DNA of 64,000 bases from positions 68,405 to 132,404 of the forward strand of contig JAGBDV010000002.1 in NCBI GenBank assembly GCA_017937305.1, given 5' to 3'. Source of the DNA: Bacilli bacterium (GTDB lineage: Bacteria > Bacillota_I > Bacilli_A > ML615J-28 > CAG-313). The notes below the pieces were generated by a model. The model was not told the DNA's origin. It ran no database searches and saw only the letters and a program-made list of their open reading frames with translations. Shown here piece by piece: positions 49,296 through 58,898 of this stretch. The number at the start of each line of letters is the position of its first letter. The stretch's first letter is position 1. The position numbers and the translations under genes are program-made.

Positions 49296-49697
49296 TTATT
49301 CCCAATCAAAAATAAATTCAGTAATTATCAAAGATATTTTAGTTCCATCTTTAAATTCAATATCAGAAAGACCAACTTCACTCATTTTATTATCAACATA
49401 TATACTAATAAATGTAGACCAGTCTGCTGGAGTATTATAATCTTCAATTGACATAATCATTCCGTTTTGATAAGTTACATTATTAAAGTTATTTTCAATT
49501 AAAACACTAAGCTCATCATTTTCTTTAAATGTAATTTCTTTTGATTTTACAACTTCATTATCAAGATTAATTACTTCTACTGTAATTACTCCATCATAAT
49601 CTGGCTTAAAACTATCTTTTAGAAAATATACAGATAGAGCTATTATCCCTACTGCAATAACACTTAAGATAATTTTAATAATTAAATTCTTTTTCAT
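49296..49697 (-). CDS. DUF4430 (transcobalamin-like) membrane-anchored B12-binding protein
   Basis: N-terminal TM; G.I.SI......W...IYVDNKMSEVG......DG..I pattern; first gene behind the riboswitch. Confidence 0.78.
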   Translation of the reverse strand: MKKNLIIKIILSVIAVGIIALSVYFLKDSFKPDYDGVITVEVINLDNEVVKSKEITFKENDELSVLIENNFNNVTYQNGMIMSIEDYNTPADWSTFISIYVDNKMSEVGLSDIEFKDGTKISLIITEFIFDWE

Positions 49698-49780
49698 TTC
49701 TTCATTAATTATCAATATTAAAAACCGAACTCCAGCAGTTTATGTATATATCTAATTATCCTCCATATATATTTTATTTA

Positions 49781-49939
49781 GTTATAGGCAAGTCTCCTGA
49801 CTCTAATTTCATCCTACTAATCACCTTCTCAAAATATGTTACTCAATGGTTTTTGATGTTCGTCCTTTATTACAGTTGCTGGAACAGTCCAAGACTTTCA
49901 CTTGGTTCCTTATTATCTTTATCGCTAAAGACCTAAAAC
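49781..49939 (-). ncRNA. Cobalamin riboswitch
   Basis: Minus strand AGGT...AATAAGGAA-CCAAGTGAAAGTCTTGG-ACTGTTCCAGCAACTGTAA...CCATTG...GAGAAGG...AGTCAGGAGACTTGCC (B12 box), upstream of DUF4430/ECF genes. Confidence 0.93.
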
Positions 49940-50064
49940 TATATATATTATAATAAAATAAATAGTTCTTGAGGTAAGTTTTGCTCAAGAACTATTTATT
50001 AATTTACCTTTTTAATTGATTTTTAGAAACAATTATTTATAATATATTTTAAGAGGAAAATAAT

Positions 50065-50943
50065 ATGAAATACAATATTGATAAAAAATTTGGTATGTGG
50101 AGATATATGAAAAGCCCAATGAATAGATTTGTTTTTGGTTTTGCAAATTTCTTACTATCTATTATGCCAAAAAGACTTAAGTCAAAAGATTTAATAATAA
50201 CAAAACTGAGATTAAAAAACTGTAATATATATTTTATTACTCCTAAAAAAGAATCTAATAATACTTTAATGTATTTTCATGGTGGTGCTTTTTGTTTTAA
50301 GGGAGGACCAAATCACTTTAAAAATATCAAAGAATATGCAAGAAAAACAAGCGTTACAATAGTTTATGCAGATTATCATATGGCATATCAAAGTGATGAA
50401 GAAATATGTGTAAAAGAATGCTTTGAAGCATATAATTACATTTTACTTTATTCTCAAGTATTGGGTATAAATACAGATAATATCGGGTTTGCAGGAGATT
50501 CAGCGGGTGGATATATATCACTTAGTGTTATTAATGAGTGTTTTAAAAGAAAAATTAAGCTACCTAAATATCAAATGTTGATATATCCTGTTGTTTCTAA
50601 AAATAAGGAATTTAAATCAATTAAAGAATTTACTGATACTCCTATGTGGAATAGTAAATTAAATAAAAGAATGTGGGAGATTTATGCAAATGGTAAATTT
50701 ACATTTGATCCATTAATTGATGATATTTCATTTATGCCTCCTACATATATAGAAGTGTGCGAATTTGATTGTTTACATGATGAAGGGGTAGAGTTATCAA
50801 AGAGATTATGTTCTTTAAATATAGATAATACTTTAAATGAAACATATAAAACAATGCACGGATATGATGTATGTTTTAAACATCCTATAGTAGTTAAGTC
50901 TTTTGAAGAAAGAATTAATTTTATAAAAAGATTTCATAAATAA
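50065..50943 (+). CDS. Alpha/beta hydrolase (HSL-family esterase/lipase)
   Basis: HGGAF oxyanion motif, GDSAGG nucleophile, D.L.DEG, HGY. Confidence 0.92.
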   Translation: MKYNIDKKFGMWRYMKSPMNRFVFGFANFLLSIMPKRLKSKDLIITKLRLKNCNIYFITPKKESNNTLMYFHGGAFCFKGGPNHFKNIKEYARKTSVTIVYADYHMAYQSDEEICVKECFEAYNYILLYSQVLGINTDNIGFAGDSAGGYISLSVINECFKRKIKLPKYQMLIYPVVSKNKEFKSIKEFTDTPMWNSKLNKRMWEIYANGKFTFDPLIDDISFMPPTYIEVCEFDCLHDEGVELSKRLCSLNIDNTLNETYKTMHGYDVCFKHPIVVKSFEERINFIKRFHK

Positions 50944-50968
50944 AAAAAAGAACCAAATGGTTCTTTTT

Positions 50969-51838
50969 TTATTTATACTCCTTTAAAGATTTTCCATTTA
51001 TTTTAGGGGTTACTAAAACTCCTATTGTACCAGGCCCACAATGAGCGCAAATATTAATTGGAATAACTCCTATAATAGGTCTATATCCATTTAATTTATC
51101 ACTAATGTAATCACTAAGCATGTTTATAACATTAACGTCACCATCAAACGAGATAATTGTATAGTCGTATAAATTAGTAGGACAGTTAAGATAGTTTTGA
51201 TCGATCTTTTCATAAAATGCTTTTTTTATGCTTTTAGTCATACCATCTTTTACAAGTGCTCCATCAACAAATGAAAGAACAGGTTTTAAACCTAAAACAT
51301 TACCTACAGCTGCAATGGCAGGAGAAATTCTTCCCCCTTTTTTTAGCGTCGTTAAGTTTTTAGGAATTAACCAAATAAAGTTATCTTTTTTTCTTAACTC
51401 TATATTTTTACAAATAGTTTCAATATCAGTTCCTTTTTCTACTTCTTCTTTTGCATAAAGAGCATGAGATAACATTAATGATGATCCAGAATATGAGTCG
51501 ATAACAATTAGTTTTCCATCAAAATATTCTTTTGCAATATTAGTAAATAAACTAAACATTGATGATAATTTTGAAGATATTGTAAAATGGATTACTTGAT
51601 CATATTCTTTAAATAGATTTTCAAAATATTCAATTATCACTCCTGGAGGAGGAGTAGATGTTTTAATTACTGCGTTATTATTCATATATTCTAATAGTTG
51701 CTCTTGATTAATAGTCACACCATCTAAATATTCAACATCATTAACAATTACATTTAATGGAAATTCACTAATACCATTTTTCTTTAATACTTCACTGTTA
51801 ATTAAACAAGAAGTATCAGCTGAAATTCTTATCTTCAT
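50969..51838 (-). CDS. DegV family fatty-acid-binding protein
   Basis: KTSTP, ISSKLSS, L.KGGRI, H.GPG motifs. Confidence 0.92.
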   Translation of the reverse strand: MKIRISADTSCLINSEVLKKNGISEFPLNVIVNDVEYLDGVTINQEQLLEYMNNNAVIKTSTPPPGVIIEYFENLFKEYDQVIHFTISSKLSSMFSLFTNIAKEYFDGKLIVIDSYSGSSLMLSHALYAKEEVEKGTDIETICKNIELRKKDNFIWLIPKNLTTLKKGGRISPAIAAVGNVLGLKPVLSFVDGALVKDGMTKSIKKAFYEKIDQNYLNCPTNLYDYTIISFDGDVNVINMLSDYISDKLNGYRPIIGVIPINICAHCGPGTIGVLVTPKINGKSLKEYK

Positions 51839-52071
51839 AATTTTCTCCTTTTAATTTAATTTGTTAATTTATTCTTCCCGATTTCTTATTCATTAATAAT
51901 CAAATTTAATTCTAATATTTATGTTTTTTCTTTGACAAGTTTTTATATGTTTAGTAAAATATTAGATGTTACAATTGTAATATCCTTATATAATTATAAT
52001 TAAAAAAATAATAAAAAACTATTAAATGAACTTTTTCAAAATATAAAACTGACAAATTGGAGGTATTTGTA

Positions 52072-52608
52072 ATGACTTTATCAATTAATGAACATAATAA
52101 GAAACATAATAGGATTGTATGCGAAAGTTTAAGAGAAGCTTTAATTATACTGATGAATGAAAAAAACTATTATAAAATTTCAATTTGTGAATTATGTGAA
52201 AAAGCTGGAGTTTCTAGAATGGCTTTTTATAATAATTATGAGTCTAAAGATAATTTGCTTAGACAAATTATTTATTTTCAAACTAATTTGTTAATTGAAA
52301 GAATCGGAAGTCCATTTAGAGAAAAAACAAATGTAGAGTGGTACGTTAAAATGTTTGAATGTATAAAAGAGAATAATATATATCTTAAAACTATTTTTAA
52401 TGCTGATTTTAAATTTGAATATCTATCTGCAATTAATGATTTAGTATTACACGATGGATCAATATCTTCTACAGACAAATACTTACGTTTAATGTGGGCT
52501 GGTGGTGTTGTTAATACTATTATATACTGGGTTGAATCAAATATGAATGATTCTATAATAGAAATGGCAAATTTCTGTTATAATAATTTATCGGTTTGGA
52601 CAAAATAA
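52072..52608 (+). CDS. TetR/AcrR family regulator (divergent from degV)
   Basis: ISICELCEKAGVSRMAFYNNY HTH. Start set at the ATG after GGAGG. Confidence 0.9.
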   Translation: MTLSINEHNKKHNRIVCESLREALIILMNEKNYYKISICELCEKAGVSRMAFYNNYESKDNLLRQIIYFQTNLLIERIGSPFREKTNVEWYVKMFECIKENNIYLKTIFNADFKFEYLSAINDLVLHDGSISSTDKYLRLMWAGGVVNTIIYWVESNMNDSIIEMANFCYNNLSVWTK

Positions 52609-52609
52609 T

Positions 52610-52653
52610 AAAAAGAAGTAACAAACGTTTTATTCGTTATGTTACTTCTTTTT
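52610..52653. terminator. Bidirectional intrinsic terminator
   Basis: AAAAAGAAGTAACA/TGTTACTTCTTTTT. Confidence 0.8.
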
Positions 52654-52657
52654 ATAT

Positions 52658-52750
52658 TATACTCAAAAGATATTTGATATTCCTCTTTTATTACAATTGC
52701 TGAAAACTGTCAAAGACTTTCACTTTGTTTCTTAATATCAATTTCCTTAA
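52658..52750 (-). ncRNA. Degenerate, 3'-truncated cobalamin riboswitch remnant
   Basis: Minus strand TAAGAAA-CAAAGTGAAAGTCTTTG-ACAGTTTTCAGCAATTGTAATAAAAGAGGAATATCAAA aligns with the intact riboswitch at 49781-49939; no B12 box and no downstream gene. Confidence 0.75.
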
Positions 52751-52777
52751 AGAAATAAAATGTATATAATATATATC

Positions 52778-53239
52778 TTAAAATTTTAAATTATTGTCTT
52801 TTAATTGTAATATTTTTTCTTTTACTTTATCTACATCGTAAATCTTACCAATAACAAGCTTTAAGCCACTGATTTTTATAATAATAATATCACCAAATTC
52901 AAAAGGCTCTGAGCTTCTATATGGATGTTCTTTTACTGCACGTACTTCTTTAATTTCTTTTAATGGTATTATAGTTATTTTTTTATATTCATTAAAATAT
53001 AAATTATCTTCATCATATTCTAATATTATTTTAGGCTGTTTTAACACTTTGACTAATATGCAGAACATTGCGATAGTACCGCCTAGGCACATCAAAAATA
53101 AAATTAGAGCTCTAATATCAAAACCACTTATTATAAATCCTAAAAATATTAATAAAGTAATTAGCAAACAAAATACTACACCTGTAATTATACCGCCTGT
53201 GAATCCTTTTACTTTTATTCCTAGTTGTTCCTTTTTCAT
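52778..53239 (-). CDS. Hypothetical 2-TM protein with a bacterial-PH-like C-terminus
   Basis: Two TM segments, then IPLKEIKEV...FGDIII. Confidence 0.55.
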   Translation of the reverse strand: MKKEQLGIKVKGFTGGIITGVVFCLLITLLIFLGFIISGFDIRALILFLMCLGGTIAMFCILVKVLKQPKIILEYDEDNLYFNEYKKITIIPLKEIKEVRAVKEHPYRSSEPFEFGDIIIIKISGLKLVIGKIYDVDKVKEKILQLKDNNLKF

Positions 53240-53279
53240 AATATACTGTTATTTTATTAATAATAGTTTAATCCTAATT

Positions 53280-53753
53280 TTAATTTGCAGCTGATGATAA
53301 AATCATCATTAAAAAAATAAATCCTAAAATTCCGAAAACTGTTCCTAATATAGATTTTAACAATCCTGAACCAGCACGCTCTTTTACATTTTCTTTATTA
53401 GAGTGCTTTCCTAATATACCAAATACTATTCCTGGAACACCTGGTAAAAATGCATATAATCCTATGAATGGAATCCAGAATATACATAAGGAAACTATAC
53501 CTAAAATATTTGATACTTTTGAAAATGCAGACCAACAACCAGCTTCTTCTTTAGGTGCTTCTTTTGCTTTAGGTTGAATAGCTTCAACGAATCTATAACC
53601 GCATACGCAGATATTACAATCATAATGAACTATTTTTTGACAACTAGGACAAAATTTAGTTTTTAATTTTGCATTATCATGGTTTTCAGTTCCACAATAT
53701 GGACAAAAATCAGTTCCTTCAATTAAATTTGCATTACAATTTCTGCATTTCAT
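53280..53753 (-). CDS. Double zinc-ribbon membrane protein (DUF4190-like)
   Basis: CRNC..CPYC and CPSC..C.C; two or three C-terminal TM segments. Confidence 0.75.
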   Translation of the reverse strand: MKCRNCNANLIEGTDFCPYCGTENHDNAKLKTKFCPSCQKIVHYDCNICVCGYRFVEAIQPKAKEAPKEEAGCWSAFSKVSNILGIVSLCIFWIPFIGLYAFLPGVPGIVFGILGKHSNKENVKERAGSGLLKSILGTVFGILGFIFLMMILSSAAN

Positions 53754-53769
53754 ACTATTTTACTCCTTT

Positions 53770-54183
53770 TTAATAAGCGCTATTTAATATAGCAATGATA
53801 ATAATAAAATACCACACAAAGAACAATACAAAAGATAAAATAGTACCGACTAACGACTTTGTGAAACCACGTTGTGCAATATCACTAACTCCATTTTTTT
53901 TAGAACGTTTTCCTAATGCTCCAAATACAATACCTGGTACACCTGGAAGCATTGCAAATAACCCTAATATTGGAATCCAGAATGTACTAATTGCAACAAT
54001 TCCTAATGTGTTAGAAATGTTTGCAAAGTTTTCCCAACAACTAGCTTCTGTTTCTACTTCTTCTTTTTTTGTTTCATTAATAACTTCAACTTTTTGTTCT
54101 TGTTGATATTCAGATTTTGTTCCACAATATGGACAAAAAGCAGTGTTATCTAATAATTCTGCATTACAATTTTTACATTTCAT
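53770..54183 (-). CDS. Zinc-ribbon membrane protein, paralog of the neighbouring gene
   Basis: CKNC..CPYCG; shared FWIP...PGVPGIVFG.LGK.S. Confidence 0.75.
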   Translation of the reverse strand: MKCKNCNAELLDNTAFCPYCGTKSEYQQEQKVEVINETKKEEVETEASCWENFANISNTLGIVAISTFWIPILGLFAMLPGVPGIVFGALGKRSKKNGVSDIAQRGFTKSLVGTILSFVLFFVWYFIIIIAILNSAY

Positions 54184-54424
54184 TTTTTAATTCCTCCATA
54201 AACACTTTTATATTAACATTTTTTATTTTTTCTGTCAATATATTATATGAAAATAAGATTAATTTATCTTTTTAAAAGTAAAAAATCTTTTAATATAATT
54301 GTATCTTCAATTTTATTTTCTTTGTTTTCATAATCAAAATCCTTTTTAAATAAATTATATCACAAGAAAATCAAATATACAATATATAGAATAAAAATAA
54401 CCAGTTAAAAACTGGTTATTTTAT

Positions 54425-55759
54425 TTATTCTTTATTTTTTAAATCAATTCCTAATTCTAAACCTTCATACATGTAATCATTCCATTTAAAGTTTTTATAA
54501 TAGTTTACATGATAACGATGCATTTCTTCTACTAATAAACAGAATTTTCCAACTGTTTGATGTTTAGGAAATACATCAAAGTATTCTCCTTTTAAGTAGA
54601 AATTAAAGAAACTTGAATCTACTTCTGTAATTAGGGTATATAAATTATTGTAATCAATGCTAAATTCGTAAGGTTCACCATTTCTAGTGCCTTTATAATG
54701 CATACCTTTATGGTCAACTCTTATTTTACCTTCACCTACAATAAAGCTTGTTTTATTTTTGCCAACTAGCTTATATTCATCAAGATTTCCTATCTTACAT
54801 TCATCTTCAAAATAGTAATCAGGGTTTTGTCTTATTTCTTTGATAATGTCTTGACGTTCTTGTTCTACCCATTCAAATGGAGATTCTGGTATTACTGCGT
54901 TTTCATATGGATGGAATTCATAATAATCATCCATTGTAGCACCATTCCCACATGAACTACATTCAATCTTATTTAAAACACCCTTCATAGTGAATTCTTT
55001 TCCACATTTAGGACATTTGAAGCAGAAATCTTCTAAACGATGACAAATTCTACCTTTTGTATTCCACTTAATTTTCTTTTCTTTGTTCCATGCGTATTCA
55101 TTTCTTCTAAATTTTTCATTGATGATATCATCCATTTCTTCAACAGATAGATTTATTACATCTTCTTTAGAAAATAAAAGCGACATTGTAGCGTGAGTTT
55201 CACCAAAGCGTTCATCTAAGCATACTTTTGTGTTTTGTAAGTATTGTCCTTCTAAGTAACATAAATATACTGGCACTTTAAAATGTTTAAACATTTTAGA
55301 TGTTCCTGGTACAATTGGTTTATTTCCGCCGTAGTCACTTGCTAATCCTTCTGGAGCAAATGTTACACATCCACCTTTTTTGATTACTTTACTTGTTGCA
55401 GCGATAGTTAGTTTATCAGGATAATAGTTTTTCTTAGGGATTACTCTATTTAATCCAAAAATAAATGAGAATTTTTTTCTATAGAATTCACTATTTCCTG
55501 CAATCATATTAGTAATTCTAGGATATGTAGCACCCATTACATACATATGATCTATTCTTGATAAATGATTAAAGATAACAAAACATGGTCCTTCACAATC
55601 ATTTACATCATCAATAATATGAAACTTAGGTTTATATTTTCTTCCAACAATGTCTAACATTATTGTTTTATAAAGCCACGCAATAAATCTTGGTGCAGGT
55701 TTATATTCTCTTTTTGCAAGTTTTTTTGATATTGGTAATTTTGCCATATTCTTCCTCAT
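54425..55759 (-). CDS. Lysophospholipid acyltransferase (PlsC-like) with a C-terminal zinc ribbon
   Basis: NHLSRID (HX4D), FAPEG, CPKC...CSSC. Confidence 0.85.
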   Translation of the reverse strand: MRKNMAKLPISKKLAKREYKPAPRFIAWLYKTIMLDIVGRKYKPKFHIIDDVNDCEGPCFVIFNHLSRIDHMYVMGATYPRITNMIAGNSEFYRKKFSFIFGLNRVIPKKNYYPDKLTIAATSKVIKKGGCVTFAPEGLASDYGGNKPIVPGTSKMFKHFKVPVYLCYLEGQYLQNTKVCLDERFGETHATMSLLFSKEDVINLSVEEMDDIINEKFRRNEYAWNKEKKIKWNTKGRICHRLEDFCFKCPKCGKEFTMKGVLNKIECSSCGNGATMDDYYEFHPYENAVIPESPFEWVEQERQDIIKEIRQNPDYYFEDECKIGNLDEYKLVGKNKTSFIVGEGKIRVDHKGMHYKGTRNGEPYEFSIDYNNLYTLITEVDSSFFNFYLKGEYFDVFPKHQTVGKFCLLVEEMHRYHVNYYKNFKWNDYMYEGLELGIDLKNKE

Positions 55760-55883
55760 ATTTCTTTATTTTTTTGTAAATTACTCTTTATTATAACATA
55801 ATAATTCATAATAGACAAGCAATTTTAAAATGTCCGCTTTACCAAAATTAGTAAAACGGACAAATTTGTTATTTATGTATTAT

Positions 55884-56582
55884 CTATTTATTTTTATTTA
55901 ACTTGTTTCTTTTTATTAATTCTACTATTAAAAGAATTATAGCATATACAGTAAGATATATAGGTATCATTACCCATATTGTAAAAATAGTGCCATCGAT
56001 TGCAGGAGCAGTCATATAAAATGGATTATTGAATTTAAGTACACACATTAAAAATGATCCATATGCTAAATATGAAGTAAATCCAAATAATGTACAATAC
56101 CATTTCTTATATGTAAGATGCAGATAATCCATGAAAAATACTAAAATTATAACAATAGCAGACCAAGTATGATGCATCATACCAAGAATTGTTGGCTGAT
56201 ACAAAAATGAAGGGTTTTGACCAATAAAATTTGGATAAAATGTAGTTATTACTCCTCCACCTAATGCAATAAGCCAAATAAAATGTAATATTTTATTGTC
56301 TTTTTTCCCAATAAGTAGCGATATTGATAAAACATAACTTGATGTACTACATACACTATCAGTTATTAATTTCATCCAATCTGCTTTTTCATATTCGAAT
56401 ACTAACGCAAGTCTATTAGTAAATATAATTATAAATAATATCGCTGCTGCAATTTTAATAACTATTGTTTTTTCTTTATCTGTTTTTGCCAATCTTTTTG
56501 CTAATATACAAGCAATAATAGCAACTGTAATACTAACTAATATATATATTAAGTGTTCTTTTCCAAATACTTGTGGATTCAT
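55884..56582 (-). CDS. YwaF/TMEM164-family integral membrane protein
   Basis: FGKEHLIY, conserved C and HH positions, multiple TM segments. Confidence 0.65.
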   Translation of the reverse strand: MNPQVFGKEHLIYILVSITVAIIACILAKRLAKTDKEKTIVIKIAAAILFIIIFTNRLALVFEYEKADWMKLITDSVCSTSSYVLSISLLIGKKDNKILHFIWLIALGGGVITTFYPNFIGQNPSFLYQPTILGMMHHTWSAIVIILVFFMDYLHLTYKKWYCTLFGFTSYLAYGSFLMCVLKFNNPFYMTAPAIDGTIFTIWVMIPIYLTVYAIILLIVELIKRNKLNKNK

Positions 56583-56648
56583 ACTCTCACCTTTTGTTTC
56601 TTTTTTTACAATTTACCATATTTTAGAAATATTTACAATAGTAAACTG

Positions 56649-56679
56649 ATTAGAATGCTTTTTTTAATAATTAGAATGC
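56649..56679 (-). promoter_or_regulatory. 10-bp direct repeat (21 bp period) upstream of a promoter, candidate activator site
   Basis: GCATTCTAAT-N11-GCATTCTAAT about 10 bp upstream of TTGTAA-17-(TGG)TAAATT. Confidence 0.45.
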
Positions 56680-56702
56680 AGGTGTTTAATTTTTTATATA
56701 TA

Positions 56703-56731
56703 AAAGACTTCATATAAAATATGAAGTCTTT
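56703..56731 (-). terminator. Intrinsic terminator ending the AT-rich gene array
   Basis: AAAGACTTCATAT/ATATGAAGTCTTT. Confidence 0.85.
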
Positions 56732-56746
56732 AGTTTAATTTAGTAT

Positions 56747-56896
56747 TTATTCAAATACTGCATATAATGTTACATCACCCATAGTTCCTGCAGGAAGTTG
56801 AGTAAATGTTGTAGTTGATGAAGCTTCTAGTGCCCATCCTTTAAATGTTTTCTTTTCTTCACTTTCTAAATATTTTAATAATTCTTCTTTATTCAT
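56747..56896 (-). pseudogene. Chimeric 49-aa ORF ending in half an InlB-B repeat
   Basis: Manual translation MNKEELLKYLESEEKKTFKGWALEASSTTTFTQLPAGTMGDVTLYAVFE*; the 3' half matches F.GW.....I.AG..GDITLYA.F of the repeats in this window. Confidence 0.7.
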
Positions 56897-56907
56897 AAAA
56901 TAATACC

Positions 56908-57225
56908 TTATTTTTTGATTGGATAAACATAAAATAATTCATTTTTACTAAATAATTCTATATAATAATTTATATTATTATCATTTATTTTACTAACTTC
57001 TATTATTTTAGTTTCTGTTATATTTTGTTTTATTTCTTTTTTTAAAATCAGAATTTTACAGATAAAATTTACAATATTTAAAAAGAAAAAGAATGATAGT
57101 ATATAAAATATTATTTTTATAACAATATTTTCAATTTTAAAATTAATTAAAAATAAAAAACAACCAAGAAAATTTAAAGCAACGAAGTAACTTTTAGATT
57201 CTTTATACATTTTTATTAAATTCAT
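56908..57225 (-). CDS. Hypothetical 2-TM protein (possibly truncated)
   Basis: Very AT-rich ORF packed in the array. Confidence 0.5.
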   Translation of the reverse strand: MNLIKMYKESKSYFVALNFLGCFLFLINFKIENIVIKIIFYILSFFFFLNIVNFICKILILKKEIKQNITETKIIEVSKINDNNINYYIELFSKNELFYVYPIKK

Positions 57226-57236
57226 ATTTTAATTAC

Positions 57237-58007
57237 CTACATTTTCTCAATTTCTAACATTAGTTCTTTTAAAACATAAATTGTTTCGTATCTTTTCTTA
57301 ACAGATATTGATCTTAAAATATCATTTAAATTATTATCTTTAAATATATTTATTATATATTCATCATTATCTTGATAATAATTCATAGCTATAGCATATC
57401 CATTTTTGTATTTAACAAAAAATGAATCTTTATTATTTTTTTTAGTTATATATATTAAACTACAATTTTCATATGGTAAATTAGAAAATATACTACTAAA
57501 TTTTAAATTATCCTGAGTTGTTGTTATTGTTAAAACAATACATAGAATAAATAGAATGAAAAATAGCACAACAAAAATCGAACAAAATAGATTTTTCTCT
57601 ATTGCAGCAAAAATAAATAATATTACTGAACCAATTATTGAAATACATCCTAATAGTGGATATAGTTTCTCCCATACTTTTTTTGGATATTTTATTATAT
57701 GTTTTATATTATTTAATTCATCTTGAACACTTAGTATTAATGCTATTAATTTCTCATCTTTTATTTTGCCTTCTTTTATATACACGGTAGAATCTAGAGT
57801 TATGTTTCTTGTTATAGATTTTAAAGAATTTAATTCAAGTCCAATCCTTAAATTACTAATTTCAGTAAAGATTTCATCTTCTAGTAACGATATATCCTCA
57901 TTTGTATTATTATCATCTATTAAATCACTTAAATAATAAATTAGTTCTTCAACTTTATTTTTTAAAATTGTATATTTAATATCTTTGTTACTGAGTTTAT
58001 TTTTCAT
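57237..58007 (-). CDS. Hypothetical membrane protein
   Basis: Two central TM segments; start set at MKNKL after an AGGTGA SD. Confidence 0.55.
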   Translation of the reverse strand: MKNKLSNKDIKYTILKNKVEELIYYLSDLIDDNNTNEDISLLEDEIFTEISNLRIGLELNSLKSITRNITLDSTVYIKEGKIKDEKLIALILSVQDELNNIKHIIKYPKKVWEKLYPLLGCISIIGSVILFIFAAIEKNLFCSIFVVLFFILFILCIVLTITTTQDNLKFSSIFSNLPYENCSLIYITKKNNKDSFFVKYKNGYAIAMNYYQDNDEYIINIFKDNNLNDILRSISVKKRYETIYVLKELMLEIEKM

Positions 58008-58017
58008 TTTATCACCT

Positions 58018-58410
58018 TTATATACCAAGAATATATATTCCATTATAATTTAATGATTTAAGAAACCACTCTAGTAAAATTTCATGGTCTTGTATTTTTT
58101 TCTCTTTTAACAATTTTATTATGTTATTAACTTCTTTTTTAGTATAATAATTTATTCCAAATATATCTACAGCACCACTTTTTAAGTTATTATATATTCC
58201 ATTTTTAAAAATGTCATAGTAAGTCTTCTCGAATTCATTAACATCAGAATGTAATATATATAACGAATCCTCTTGTTTATGCATTATACTATTTACAGAT
58301 ACTTTTTTTATAATACTGGTACTACATTTTAATTTACAATATTGTATTTCAATAAAATTTACTCTTTTCAAATTTGTTATTTCATTAAATGTATAAAATT
58401 TAAATGACAT
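58018..58410 (-). CDS. Hypothetical soluble protein
   Basis: 130 aa ORF with an AGGAG SD. Confidence 0.55.
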   Translation of the reverse strand: MSFKFYTFNEITNLKRVNFIEIQYCKLKCSTSIIKKVSVNSIMHKQEDSLYILHSDVNEFEKTYYDIFKNGIYNNLKSGAVDIFGINYYTKKEVNNIIKLLKEKKIQDHEILLEWFLKSLNYNGIYILGI

Positions 58411-58422
58411 CTTTATGACTCC

Positions 58423-58875
58423 TTAAATCTTATTTTCTATAAAACTATATATTTTTTTATTATATGGTAATACGATATATTTATTCTTTTTTCTGTTATA
58501 TGCATCTTCAATTTGACTTTCTTTAACAGATTTATTTAAAAATAGTATAATGGAATTTTTTTTAATATTCATCATTTTTAATGAATATACTGTTGTATCC
58601 ATTTTTTCAATTCTTTTAATTTCAGAATAAGAAACTTCTTTTATCACGCCAAATATGTTTTTTACAATTATCTTATTGTTTGTTAATTTAAACATTTGAA
58701 TATTTATTAAAGTAATAACAAAGAAATATATAGCCATTACTAAAAATAATATATCTAAGATTGTCCCTATAATAGAATAATTAAATACTATAACAAGACC
58801 TAAAATGGTAAGGATTACAAATAAAATAGAGAATATAAATGGAAATATTGAATATTTAAAATTATTTATTTTCAT
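58423..58875 (-). CDS. Hypothetical 2-TM protein with a bacterial-PH-like C-terminus
   Basis: Two TM segments, then IIVKNIFG..KEVSYSEIKRI. Confidence 0.55.
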   Translation of the reverse strand: MKINNFKYSIFPFIFSILFVILTILGLVIVFNYSIIGTILDILFLVMAIYFFVITLINIQMFKLTNNKIIVKNIFGVIKEVSYSEIKRIEKMDTTVYSLKMMNIKKNSIILFLNKSVKESQIEDAYNRKKNKYIVLPYNKKIYSFIENKI

Positions 58876-58898
58876 TTTCTTCTCCTTTGGATAATATT

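Noticed and set aside
49742-49936. 64-aa plus-strand ORF
   Set aside because: It is the antisense of the cobalamin riboswitch and has no recognisable protein features.
54290-54331. Tiny minus-strand ORF MKTKKIKLKIQLY after an AAGGA SD
   Set aside because: Could be another gene remnant, but it has no recognisable similarity, so it cannot be supported.
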